Positions 17,627-26,650 of a DNA stretch of 32,000 nt are shown here, piece after piece (the stretch's first letter is position 1; every line of letters begins with the position of its first letter). The translations under genes and the position numbers were made by a program. The stretch covers positions 29,354-61,353 of the forward strand of contig JABCPO020000039.1 of the NCBI GenBank assembly GCA_013333105.2. Direction: 5' to 3'. Under the pieces are notes generated by a model. That model was not told the DNA's origin and searched no databases. It saw only the letters and a list, made by a program, of their open reading frames with translations. Origin of the DNA: Clostridiales bacterium. Lineage in GTDB: Bacteria; Bacillota; Clostridia; TANB77; CAG-508.

Positions 17627-18632
17627 TTATTTACTAATATTATCTATTCCTAAATAATCGTAAGCTTTTGGTGATACCATTCTTCCTCGTGGACTTCTAA
17701 TTATGTATCCTAATTGTAATAAATATGGTTCATAAACATCTTCTATTGTATCTCTTTCTTCCCCTAATGTTGTTGCTAATGCTTCTATTCCAACAGGACC
17801 ACCATTATATGTTTCAATAATAGTTTTTAAAATTCTTCTATCAGTAGCATCTAATCCTTGTTCATCTATATCTAATCTATCTAGTGCGAATTTAGCTATT
17901 TCTTTTGTTATATTAGAATTATTTAAAACTGTTGCATAATCGGATACTCTTTTTAATAATCTATTTGCTATTCTAGGTGTACCTCTTGATCTTCCTGCAA
18001 TTTCAATAGAAGCTTCTTTGTCAATTACAACTCCTAATATATCTGCACTTCTTCTTATAATTTGATCTAATTCATCTACAGTATATAATTCTAACTTTTC
18101 TATGATCCCAAATCTATCTCTTAATGGGGTTGAAAGCATTCCTGCTCTAGTAGTAGCACCAATAAGTGTAAACTTAGGCAAGTCTATTCTTATAGAACGA
18201 GCACTTGGACCTTTCCCAATTATTATATCTAAAGAATAATCTTCTAATGCTGGATATAATATTTCCTCTACAACTTTACTCATTCTATGTATTTCGTCTA
18301 TAAAAAGTACATCGTTCTCTGCCAAATTTGTTAAAATTGCTGCTAGATCTCCAGCTTTTTCTATTGCAGGTCCTGATGTTATCTTAATATTTGAGTTCAT
18401 TTCATTTGCAATAATATTAGATAATGTAGTCTTTCCGTAACCCAGGTGCTCCATATAATAATATATGATCAAGAGCTACGCCTCTTTTTTTAGCTGACTC
18501 AATATATATTTTTAGATTTTCTTTTATTTTAGATTGACCTATATATTCATTTAAAATTTTAGGTCTTAATGTCACTTCTTCTCTTTCTTCTGTAAAATCA
18601 GTTATATTTGGACTTAAAAAATCTTCTCTCAC
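17627..18632 (-). pseudogene. ruvB: Holliday junction helicase RuvB, interrupted by a 1-nt insertion inside the Walker A codons (true pseudogene or sequencing error)
   Basis: Two overlapping ORFs (18417-18632 and 17627-18472) together give a normal RuvB of about 334 aa. The upstream frame ends [14 protein letters not shown]. The downstream frame reads [15 protein letters not shown]. Deleting plus-strand G18437 restores [17 protein letters not shown] start with AAAGGTGA RBS. Confidence 0.85.
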
Positions 18633-18646
18633 TTTATCACCTTTCT

Positions 18647-19307
18647 TTAGATTTCAATATTTTTTAATATATAAATATCCTTTTCTAATCTTAATTCTTT
18701 ATTATACTCTCCATTGTCCATTTTAAAATTTTTTCCTAACAAATTAGAATAAAATTCTATAAATATTTCTATTTTATCAATCGGTATTTCTATTGATATC
18801 TCAACATTTTCTGCATATTTTTCTTCTAATATATTAAATTCATTTTGATTACAAAAATTTTTAACAATGTCCACAAATTTATAGTCAAATGTGCATACTA
18901 TTTTTTTACCTTTAATATATTCAAATTTTTCCGATATATTTATAACATTTTTAGCTCCACTTCCATATGCTCTTATAAGTCCACCTGTGCCTAATAAAGT
19001 TCCACCAAAATATCTAGTAACTATAATTAATACATCTGTTAATTTTGCATATTTAATCGCTTCTAATATTGGATACCCTGCAGTTTTTGAAGGTTCTCCA
19101 TCATCACTAAACCTTTCTATATTTCCGAACTATATATGCATAGCAATTATGTGTAGCATCATTATATTTTTGATTATACATTTCAATAATATTTTTTGAT
19201 TCTTCTTCTGAACTAATATGGAAAATATTTGTTATAAATTTTGAATTTTGTATAGTTTCTTCAAATGTTTTTTGATACTTAATAGTTATAATACTTTTAT
19301 TTTCCAT
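18647..19307 (-). pseudogene. yigZ: IMPACT/YigZ family protein (UPF0029 plus DUF1949-like C-terminus), interrupted by a 1-nt insertion
   Basis: The ORF at 19107-19307 ends DATHNCYAYIVRKYRKV*. The next frame continues GNIERFSDDGEPSKTAGYPILEAI...VTRYFGGTLLGTGGLIRAYG and stays open to the stop at 18647; the 75-aa ORF in the track is its tail. Deleting plus-strand G19128 restores one 219-aa protein. Confidence 0.75.
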
Positions 19308-19318
19308 ATTACTCCTTT

Positions 19319-20647
19319 CTACTTTAATATTTTTATTCCATTTAAAATTTCGTTTTCTATATCTTGTATATATTTTTCTTTAACTATATTACCATTTATT
19401 TCATCTTGGTCAAGTTTTTCTAATGTTTTATTTCCAATAAATATATATCCTAGTACATCTCCTTCATTGACTATATCACCACTTCTTTTATTTAATGCTA
19501 TTCCTGAATAATAATCAATTTCATCTTCTTTGTTTATTCTTCCAGATCCTGCTTTAAAAGAGGCTTTAGCAATTGATAATGCATCTATATTTGTTATAAA
19601 CCCTGTTTTTTTAGAATATACTGTATATTTATTTTCTTGTTGAGAATTTTTATAAACTTCTTCTTTAAATTTATTTAAATCTGCTCCTTGATTTTCTAAC
19701 ATCTCAACAAATTTGTAATAAGCTTTTTTATTTTCTATAACTTCTATTATATCTCTTTTTATAATTCTTCTGTCCTTTTGTGGCTCTTTTTCTTTAATTG
19801 CTTCTATTAATAATTCAAACACTACTTCTTGAAGTGAATCTATTTTTTCTCCATTTAAGAAAGCCATTGCTTCTAAAACTTCTAATGAATTTCCTATGCA
19901 ATATCCTAAAGGCTCTTCCATACTTGTTAATCTAGAAATTATATTTACATTTGATAACTTTCCGATTTTCTCCATTAATTTTTTTAGTTCAGTCGCTTTA
20001 CCTAAACTTTTCATAAAAGCTCCACTTCCATAAGTAACATCTAGAATTATATTTTCTGCTCCTGAAGCTATTTTTTTACTCATTATACTAGAAGTTATCA
20101 ATGGTATTGAATCTGTACATGCAATAGAACTTCTTAATTTATATATTTTACCATCTGCCGGAACAACTTTATCTGTTTGAGACATTATACTTGCTCCAAC
20201 TTTCTTAATATTATTTTTAAATTCTTCTAAACTTAATGCAATCTTAAATCCTGGAATAGACTCCAATTTATCTACTGTTCCTCCAGTATATCCTAGTCCT
20301 CTACCACTCATTTTTGCCACTTTATATCCTAAAGATGCTAGTATCGGTATAATTACTAATGTAACTTTATCACCTACTCCACCTGTACTATGTTTATCAA
20401 ATATAATCCCTTTAATATCTGATAAATCTACTATTTCTCCAGATTTAACCATTTCGTCTGTTAATATTAATGTTTCTGTTTCTGTCATTCCATTTATTTT
20501 TATTGCAGTTAATAATGCTGCCATTTGATAATCTGGTAGTTCTTCTTTTACATAAGCACTAATTACATATCTTATTTCATTTTCTTCTAATTCTTTTCCT
20601 TTTATTTTCTTTTCAATTATGTCTACTATATTATATTTATTTTGCAT
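19319..20647 (-). CDS. pdp: Pyrimidine-nucleoside (thymidine) phosphorylase
   Basis: 442 aa. Contains FDKHSTGGVGDKVTL, SGRGLGYTGGTVDKLESIPGF and a C-terminal PYNP domain. Confidence 0.85.
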   Translation of the reverse strand: MQNKYNIVDIIEKKIKGKELEENEIRYVISAYVKEELPDYQMAALLTAIKINGMTETETLILTDEMVKSGEIVDLSDIKGIIFDKHSTGGVGDKVTLVIIPILASLGYKVAKMSGRGLGYTGGTVDKLESIPGFKIALSLEEFKNNIKKVGASIMSQTDKVVPADGKIYKLRSSIACTDSIPLITSSIMSKKIASGAENIILDVTYGSGAFMKSLGKATELKKLMEKIGKLSNVNIISRLTSMEEPLGYCIGNSLEVLEAMAFLNGEKIDSLQEVVFELLIEAIKEKEPQKDRRIIKRDIIEVIENKKAYYKFVEMLENQGADLNKFKEEVYKNSQQENKYTVYSKKTGFITNIDALSIAKASFKAGSGRINKEDEIDYYSGIALNKRSGDIVNEGDVLGYIFIGNKTLEKLDQDEINGNIVKEKYIQDIENEILNGIKILK

Positions 20648-20679
20648 AATACTCTCTCTTATCTTTTGTATTTATTTTA

Positions 20680-21315
20680 TTAATGTTTATTTAAATTTTT
20701 TAAAAAGCTTTTTCTATGTATATCTAATACTCCATACTCTTTTATAGCTTCATAGTGTTTTTTTGTCCCATATCCTTTATGTGATTTTATTCCGTATTCT
20801 GGATACATTTCATCATATATATCCATCATATTGTCACGTGTAACTTTTGCTATTATAGAAGCACAAGCTATACTATATGAAGTATCATCTCCTTTTACTA
20901 TACTTTTACTTTCTAATCCATGTGTATTTATTTTATTTAAGGCATCTAATAATACAATGTCTGCATTATCTTTTAAGTTATATATTATTTTTTCCGTTCC
21001 TTTTTTAGTTGCTTCTAAAATATTAATCTCATCAATTGTATTTGAATCTATAATTTGAATATCATAATATTTAACATCTTTTAATATTTTATCATACAAT
21101 TCTTTTCTTTTTTTATCTGTCAATTTTTTTGAATCTCTTACTCCTAATATATTAGAATCTTTTTTCATTATTACTCCTGCAACAACTACAGGCCCAAGTA
21201 AAGGTCCTCTTCCTGCTTCATCTATTCCTAACACTCTTTTTCCACAAGATTCATCATATTCTTTAAGTCTTTTTAATGTTTCTTGATAGACTTTTTCTCT
21301 TTCTTCTTTAGTCAT
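20680..21315 (-). CDS. rnhB: Ribonuclease HII
   Basis: GIDEAGRGPLLGPVVVAGV holds the catalytic DE motif. DSKKL, SIACASIIAKVTRD and GYGT..H blocks are present. Confidence 0.9.
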   Translation of the reverse strand: MTKEEREKVYQETLKRLKEYDESCGKRVLGIDEAGRGPLLGPVVVAGVIMKKDSNILGVRDSKKLTDKKRKELYDKILKDVKYYDIQIIDSNTIDEINILEATKKGTEKIIYNLKDNADIVLLDALNKINTHGLESKSIVKGDDTSYSIACASIIAKVTRDNMMDIYDEMYPEYGIKSHKGYGTKKHYEAIKEYGVLDIHRKSFLKNLNKH

Positions 21316-21389
21316 TTTATTCTCCTTAATAAAATTATACTTCTTCCAATATATATTATATACTATACAGTTTATTTAAAACAGTATTT

Positions 21390-21436
21390 AAAAAAATAAG
21401 TATATGTATTATTTTTAATAAATATACTTATTTTTC
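21390..21436 (-). terminator. Rho-independent terminator closing the 218aa / coupling-protein / yhaO / yhaN operon
   Basis: Arms aataagtatat (21395-21405) and atatacttatt (21422-21432) pair. The flanking A-run gives a U-tail on the minus strand. It lies about 45 nt after the yhaN-like stop. Confidence 0.5.
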
Positions 21437-21477
21437 CTTTTATTCACCTATTTATTTTACCTTGTATTGTATCTATT

Positions 21478-23415
21478 TTATAAATAAATATAATTAACAT
21501 CTTTATCTTGTAAAATATCTATTTCTCTTTGAGAACAAGTAAATATAATAACTTGTCTTTCTTTATACTCTTCTAATAAAAAGTATAATACATTTTCCAA
21601 TCTTTTATCATCATAAAAAGCAAATGCTTCATCTAAAATTAAAGGTAATTTTTCTTTTGATACTGTTTCTAACATTGCTATTCTTAATGCTAAATTTATT
21701 TGCTCTATTGTTCCTGTACTCAATAATTCTAGATCTACTAACTCTCCTGATTCATTTCTAACTTTTATTTCATTACTTCTATTTATTGAAATATCATTAT
21801 ATTTATTTTCTGTTATTTTAGAAGCTATATAACTTAATCTATCATTAAACATAGGCCCTATATTATCTTTAAGTTCATCATATGACTTAATCAATAATTC
21901 CTTTGCAATATCAAAAGCTTTATTATAATTTAAAAGTTCTTCTTTTTCTTCTTGTAATTTTTCAATTTTTTCTGTTATTTCTGATAATTTAAATACCGTT
22001 TTTTCCATTATATTTTTTTCTGCGTCAATTGCACTTAATTTAAATATTATATTTTGATATTTATTTTCTATTTTTTTACTTTCAATTGCAAGTTCACCTG
22101 GTTTTTTATTTAACACTTCTGTTATGTATTTATCACTTAATTTTTCTTTATATTTTATTTTTATATTTTCAACATATACTTTATTAGAGTCTGCTATAAC
22201 TTCTTGTTCTTTTTCCATTTCTTTCTCTAATACCATTATTTCTTTTCGTAATCCAAATACTTCTTTTTCTATCAATCTATTATTTTCTTCTGCTTCTGCC
22301 ATTTCCTTATCTATTTTATTTTTTGAAAATAAATATGAAAAAGTTACAACTAATAAATATATTAATATAAGTAATAGTCCTGCATGAAGATAATAACTTG
22401 TTCCTTTATATGTAAGTATGTCAAATTGTTCTTTATATCCTTCAATCACTCCATAATGAATTAATGTTAATATTCCTAAAATTACACCTAAAATTATAAA
22501 TATTCCTGTAAATATCCCATTTCTTCCTTTTGATTTTTCAAATGGACTTTCTTTAGTTATAGTGTCTATTTTTTCTTGTTTTAAATCAAATATTCTATCT
22601 TGTTTTTGTTTTATTTCTGAATATATATTAACATTTGAATCTTTATTTACTCCTGCTTCTAAATAATATTCTTTGACTTCATTTATAAATTCTCTTTTTA
22701 TATCTATTTCTGAAAATTCATTTTGAACTTCTTTTCTATCTAATATTATTTTATTTTTCTTTTCTCTTGTGTTATATATTTCTTGTTTTTCTTGTTCTAA
22801 TTTAAGCAGTGCTTCTTCTATATCATTAATTGGTCTTTTTTTAGTTCTTGATGTACCTATTTCTTCTATTTGTCTATTAGATAATTTCTTTAATAAATTA
22901 TTATATGAGATATTTTCTTCACCTGTACTTACTAAATTAGTCATTTTTTGTACCATTTGTGATTTTTCTTTTTCATCTAATACAACTAATTTTTGATATG
23001 ATATACCACTATTTTGAAATGTAACTTTATCTATGCCTGTTTGTTCTTCTAAAAAATCTATACCATTTTTTGTACTTTTGAACAGCTTTGATATATCATT
23101 TTTATTTTCATCATAAATAACTGGGTTTTTCTTTTTAAAATTTCTAAATACTTCATATTTCAAATTATTATCTAGTGTATATTTAACAGAACCTGAAAAA
23201 TCATCAGATATCCATGGCATATATCTGTCAAATTCTGAAATATATGAATTTTGTTTTTTCTTATCTATCCCATAAAGTATAGAATTTATAAATGACAATA
23301 ATGTACTTTTACCAGCTTCATTATATCCTTTTATAATATTAATACCTTGTTTCAATTCTATATCTTTATTTTCTATTCTCCCATAACTATTTATTTTTAG
23401 CTTGTCTATCTTCAA
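21478..23415 (-). CDS. YhaN-family SbcC/Rad50-like ABC ATPase with a central transmembrane hairpin
   Basis: Walker A GYNEAGKSTLL, C-terminal signature LSTGTIEQINLALRIA and Walker B PLILDEAFAFYDD. Heptad-like K/E-rich arms flank two hydrophobic helices, IFTGIFIILGVILGILTLI and AGLLLILIYLLVVTFSYLF (22327-22515). There is no CxxC hook. TTG start 1 nt after the upstream stop, with GAGGAA RBS. Confidence 0.75.
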   Translation of the reverse strand: MKIDKLKINSYGRIENKDIELKQGINIIKGYNEAGKSTLLSFINSILYGIDKKKQNSYISEFDRYMPWISDDFSGSVKYTLDNNLKYEVFRNFKKKNPVIYDENKNDISKLFKSTKNGIDFLEEQTGIDKVTFQNSGISYQKLVVLDEKEKSQMVQKMTNLVSTGEENISYNNLLKKLSNRQIEEIGTSRTKKRPINDIEEALLKLEQEKQEIYNTREKKNKIILDRKEVQNEFSEIDIKREFINEVKEYYLEAGVNKDSNVNIYSEIKQKQDRIFDLKQEKIDTITKESPFEKSKGRNGIFTGIFIILGVILGILTLIHYGVIEGYKEQFDILTYKGTSYYLHAGLLLILIYLLVVTFSYLFSKNKIDKEMAEAEENNRLIEKEVFGLRKEIMVLEKEMEKEQEVIADSNKVYVENIKIKYKEKLSDKYITEVLNKKPGELAIESKKIENKYQNIIFKLSAIDAEKNIMEKTVFKLSEITEKIEKLQEEKEELLNYNKAFDIAKELLIKSYDELKDNIGPMFNDRLSYIASKITENKYNDISINRSNEIKVRNESGELVDLELLSTGTIEQINLALRIAMLETVSKEKLPLILDEAFAFYDDKRLENVLYFLLEEYKERQVIIFTCSQREIDILQDKDVNYIYL

Positions 23416-23416
23416 T

Positions 23417-24568
23417 TTATGAATTCCTCATTTCTTCCATCATTATTTCTATAGCTTTTTGGATATTTTGCTTTTTCTTTATATCTTCTTCTGAATCGCT
23501 TAATATTTCTATTTCCTTTAATGCATTTTTTACAAATACACCTCTTAATGTATTTTCTTTAGATATTTCTTCTAAATCATAATTAATTGTTGTTAAATCA
23601 TTTATTTTAATTATATTTTCCATATCAAGATTATCAAATATATATCTTGTATTAATTTCAAAATTCTTTTCTCCTATTAAATTAATTTTAATATAATTCA
23701 TTTTATTTAATTTTTTTATCATGATATGTGTTATTAATTCTTGGATACTTCTTATTTCTGTTATATCAACATTTATTTCTTCATATATTCTATCATCAAA
23801 AGTTATATGCTCTATATATAACTTTTCTTCTTCCATATGTCTAAATCCGTCTGTTCTATGATTATTTGTTAATTGATATACTATACCTTTTTTAAATTCT
23901 CCTTTTATAAATCCAGCATTATCATCTTGAAATCTATAATTCATAAAACTTCCTGGATATATAGTTGTTTCCATTGGATTATAATTTGATTTATGAATAT
24001 GTCCTAATGCAACATAATCAAATCCTATTTTTTCTAATTCTTTTTTATCTAACGGATTGTATTTTTTTTGAATTTCATCATTTTTAGACCCATCTAAATC
24101 TCCATGTACTACTAATATATTTCGTTTTCCATTCTCTTTTATCTTAAAATTAGTAAAATCAATCCCTTCATCATAAAAATCAGTAAATCCGTATCCATAT
24201 ATATTAGCTTTTTCTGTTTCTATACATTCGAAACTTTTAAATATATGTACATTTTCTGGGAATAATCTAGAATATTTCTCATACATTGATTCTTTGACAT
24301 AAGGATCATGATTACCTGGAGATATAAATATATGAACATTTGGTATCTCTTTAAACATTTCAATCAACATGTTCATTGTATAGTCTTTTATATACTCATG
24401 TTCATATAAATCTCCAGCTATAAATAAATATTCTATTGATTCCAATTTTATAAGATCTATTAATTTTTTTAAATTTTCTATTTGTTCTAATCTTCTTTTT
24501 TCTCCTAAATATCCTAATGCTTTAAATGGCATATCTAAATGGATATCAGCAACATGAATAAATTTCAT
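23417..24568 (-). CDS. YhaO/SbcD-like calcineurin-fold metallophosphoesterase (DNA exonuclease subunit)
   Basis: All five phosphoesterase motifs are intact: VADIHLD, AGDLYEH, PGNHD, VVHGD and GHIH. AAGGAGA RBS lies in the 12-nt gap after the coupling-protein stop. Confidence 0.8.
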   Translation of the reverse strand: MKFIHVADIHLDMPFKALGYLGEKRRLEQIENLKKLIDLIKLESIEYLFIAGDLYEHEYIKDYTMNMLIEMFKEIPNVHIFISPGNHDPYVKESMYEKYSRLFPENVHIFKSFECIETEKANIYGYGFTDFYDEGIDFTNFKIKENGKRNILVVHGDLDGSKNDEIQKKYNPLDKKELEKIGFDYVALGHIHKSNYNPMETTIYPGSFMNYRFQDDNAGFIKGEFKKGIVYQLTNNHRTDGFRHMEEEKLYIEHITFDDRIYEEINVDITEIRSIQELITHIMIKKLNKMNYIKINLIGEKNFEINTRYIFDNLDMENIIKINDLTTINYDLEEISKENTLRGVFVKNALKEIEILSDSEEDIKKKQNIQKAIEIMMEEMRNS

Positions 24569-24580
24569 ATTTCTCCTTTT

Positions 24581-26641
24581 CTATTTTCCATTTGTTCTTT
24601 CTGATTCTTCTATTTCTCCAAATAGTTCATCAAATTTCTTTTCTAATTCTTTTTCTAAATTAACTTCTAAATTTTTTATTATTTTTTTCTTTTCTTCTTT
24701 TTTTCTTGGTTCTTCTTTAAAAGCATCTTCTGAGAATGAGTATATATCATTGTTTAAATCTTCTATACCTAAATTTCTAACATCTTTTGATGTTCCTTTT
24801 GTATTTTTATCTGATTTTATTCCTAATAATTCTTTTTCATTTCCTCCAAATTGTTGTACTAATTCTCTATTTATATCTTCTGGATTTTTTCGCATATTAC
24901 CATCAAATTCACGCCAAGGTCCTCTATTAACCTTATATTCATTATGATTTGCAGTATAATTTAAAAGAACTCTTCCTCCTGGTTCTTTAAAGTAATAATA
25001 TTTTTGAGCTAATATTGGCTTTACTCCTTTTTCAATTATAATACATTCATCATCTCCTAATCTTCTTATTTCGTCTGGAGTCATTAAAGGTCTTGAGAAT
25101 TTATTTGTTGACTTACTTTCACTTTTACCTTTTTCTTCTTTTCCTTTTGATTCACTAACTGATACACTTTCATCCCAAACAGTAATCTCTCCTAATTGTT
25201 TAGAAAAATATTCAGCTGTTTTTTGTGAATTTGATCCTAAGAATAAGTGAGTATCACAATTTGCCATAATTGTTTCATATGAATCTTTATATAGATTTTC
25301 CAATTGATCTAAATTTTGTAAAATAACATTAAAAGATATTCTTCTACTTCTAGATGTTGAAATCTTTTTATCAAAATCTGGTATTTGCCCAATATTCGCA
25401 AACTCATCTAAGAAGAAAAATACTGGCACTTTTAATCCACCACCATTGGAATCTGCATGATCATATAAAGCTTGTATCATTTGTGCAAAGAATATTGTTA
25501 ATAAAAAGTCATATGTTGTATGTGTATCTGGTGATATAACAAATAATGCTGTTTTTTTATCTCCTATTTCTTTAAAATCAATTGTATTTGTTGCAGTAAG
25601 TGCTGCTATATCAATCGATTCAAATTTTCCTAATTTAGATTGTAAAGTTGATAAAATTGAACTATATGCTTTATCTGCAGCTAATTTTACAGATTCATAA
25701 TACTTTCTTGCCTTATGTCCTGGTTTTTCTTCTTCTAATTCTTTCATCATTATATCTAAATGATTAAAATCACCACTATTATTAGCTAATCTAACCAAAT
25801 TGGCACAACTTGCTAAATTAATTTCTTCTTTATATCCAACTTCTTTTAATAATAATATTATTGCTTTTAAAAGTAACATTGCGTTATTATCCCAGTACTC
25901 ATCTCCTCCAGTAGCTCCACCTTGTCCTTTTATAATTGTATTTGCAACAATATCTAAATCTGTATCTGTATTAATATTTAATAATGGATTAAATCCATCA
26001 CTATTTTGTGGCTGAATTAAATTTAATACCTTTATTTCATATCCATTTTCTCTAAAATAACTAGCTGTTTTATCATAAAGTTCACCTTTTGGATCAGTAA
26101 ATACATATGAACCTAATAAATTAGTTACATTAGGAGTAACAAATGATGCTGATTTTCCAGATCCTGATCCTCCTATTACTAAAACATTAATATTTCCTCT
26201 TTTGTCTACTGGTAAATAATTATCTTTTGCTAATAATATTCCTTCTTTTTTACTTAAAACTTTATATTGTTCACCTTTTTTAGCCCATTCTGCTGATCCA
26301 TGTTCTTTCTTTTCCCATTCTGGCTTTTTCTTTTTAGGCTTAAACATAAAATATAGTATAGGAACATAATATACAAATATAGCTATTTTAAATATATTTA
26401 TATATGCATCCATTACTTGACCTAATCTAAACATCTCACCTATTGACCAAAATGGATTTGTTAATGAATATTTCAAATTATCCATAAATATGCTTATACT
26501 AACTTCACTGTTTTGAATTATTTTAAAATTACCATATGCTATTGCTACTGCAAATGCTGGTAATATAATAATACATAATACCAAAAATAATATAGTTATT
26601 GGCATTATTGTCTTTTTTAAAACTTTAAATGATTCTCCCAT
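24581..26641 (-). CDS. VirD4/TraG-family type IV coupling protein-like ATPase (two N-terminal TM helices plus NBD), with no other T4SS genes nearby
   Basis: EHGSAEWA hallmark. Walker A VIGGSGSGKSASFVTPN (26150-26173). FTDPKGELY and NSDGFNPL blocks. Walker B VPVFFFLDEFANIG. Also ISFNVILQNLDQL, DTHLFLGSNSQKTAEYFS and MTPDEIRRL. The C-terminal tail is K/E-rich. AGGAGA RBS overlaps the upstream stop codon. Confidence 0.8.
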   Translation of the reverse strand: MGESFKVLKKTIMPITILFLVLCIIILPAFAVAIAYGNFKIIQNSEVSISIFMDNLKYSLTNPFWSIGEMFRLGQVMDAYINIFKIAIFVYYVPILYFMFKPKKKKPEWEKKEHGSAEWAKKGEQYKVLSKKEGILLAKDNYLPVDKRGNINVLVIGGSGSGKSASFVTPNVTNLLGSYVFTDPKGELYDKTASYFRENGYEIKVLNLIQPQNSDGFNPLLNINTDTDLDIVANTIIKGQGGATGGDEYWDNNAMLLLKAIILLLKEVGYKEEINLASCANLVRLANNSGDFNHLDIMMKELEEEKPGHKARKYYESVKLAADKAYSSILSTLQSKLGKFESIDIAALTATNTIDFKEIGDKKTALFVISPDTHTTYDFLLTIFFAQMIQALYDHADSNGGGLKVPVFFFLDEFANIGQIPDFDKKISTSRSRRISFNVILQNLDQLENLYKDSYETIMANCDTHLFLGSNSQKTAEYFSKQLGEITVWDESVSVSESKGKEEKGKSESKSTNKFSRPLMTPDEIRRLGDDECIIIEKGVKPILAQKYYYFKEPGGRVLLNYTANHNEYKVNRGPWREFDGNMRKNPEDINRELVQQFGGNEKELLGIKSDKNTKGTSKDVRNLGIEDLNNDIYSFSEDAFKEEPRKKEEKKKIIKNLEVNLEKELEKKFDELFGEIEESERTNGK

Positions 26642-26650
26642 TATTTTCTC

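Noticed and set aside
18417-18472. Programmed frameshifting as the explanation for the ruvB and yigZ splits
   Set aside because: There is no slippery heptamer and no downstream stimulatory structure at either site. The break falls inside the Walker A motif, where both products would be non-functional. A simple 1-nt insertion, real or artefactual, explains both.
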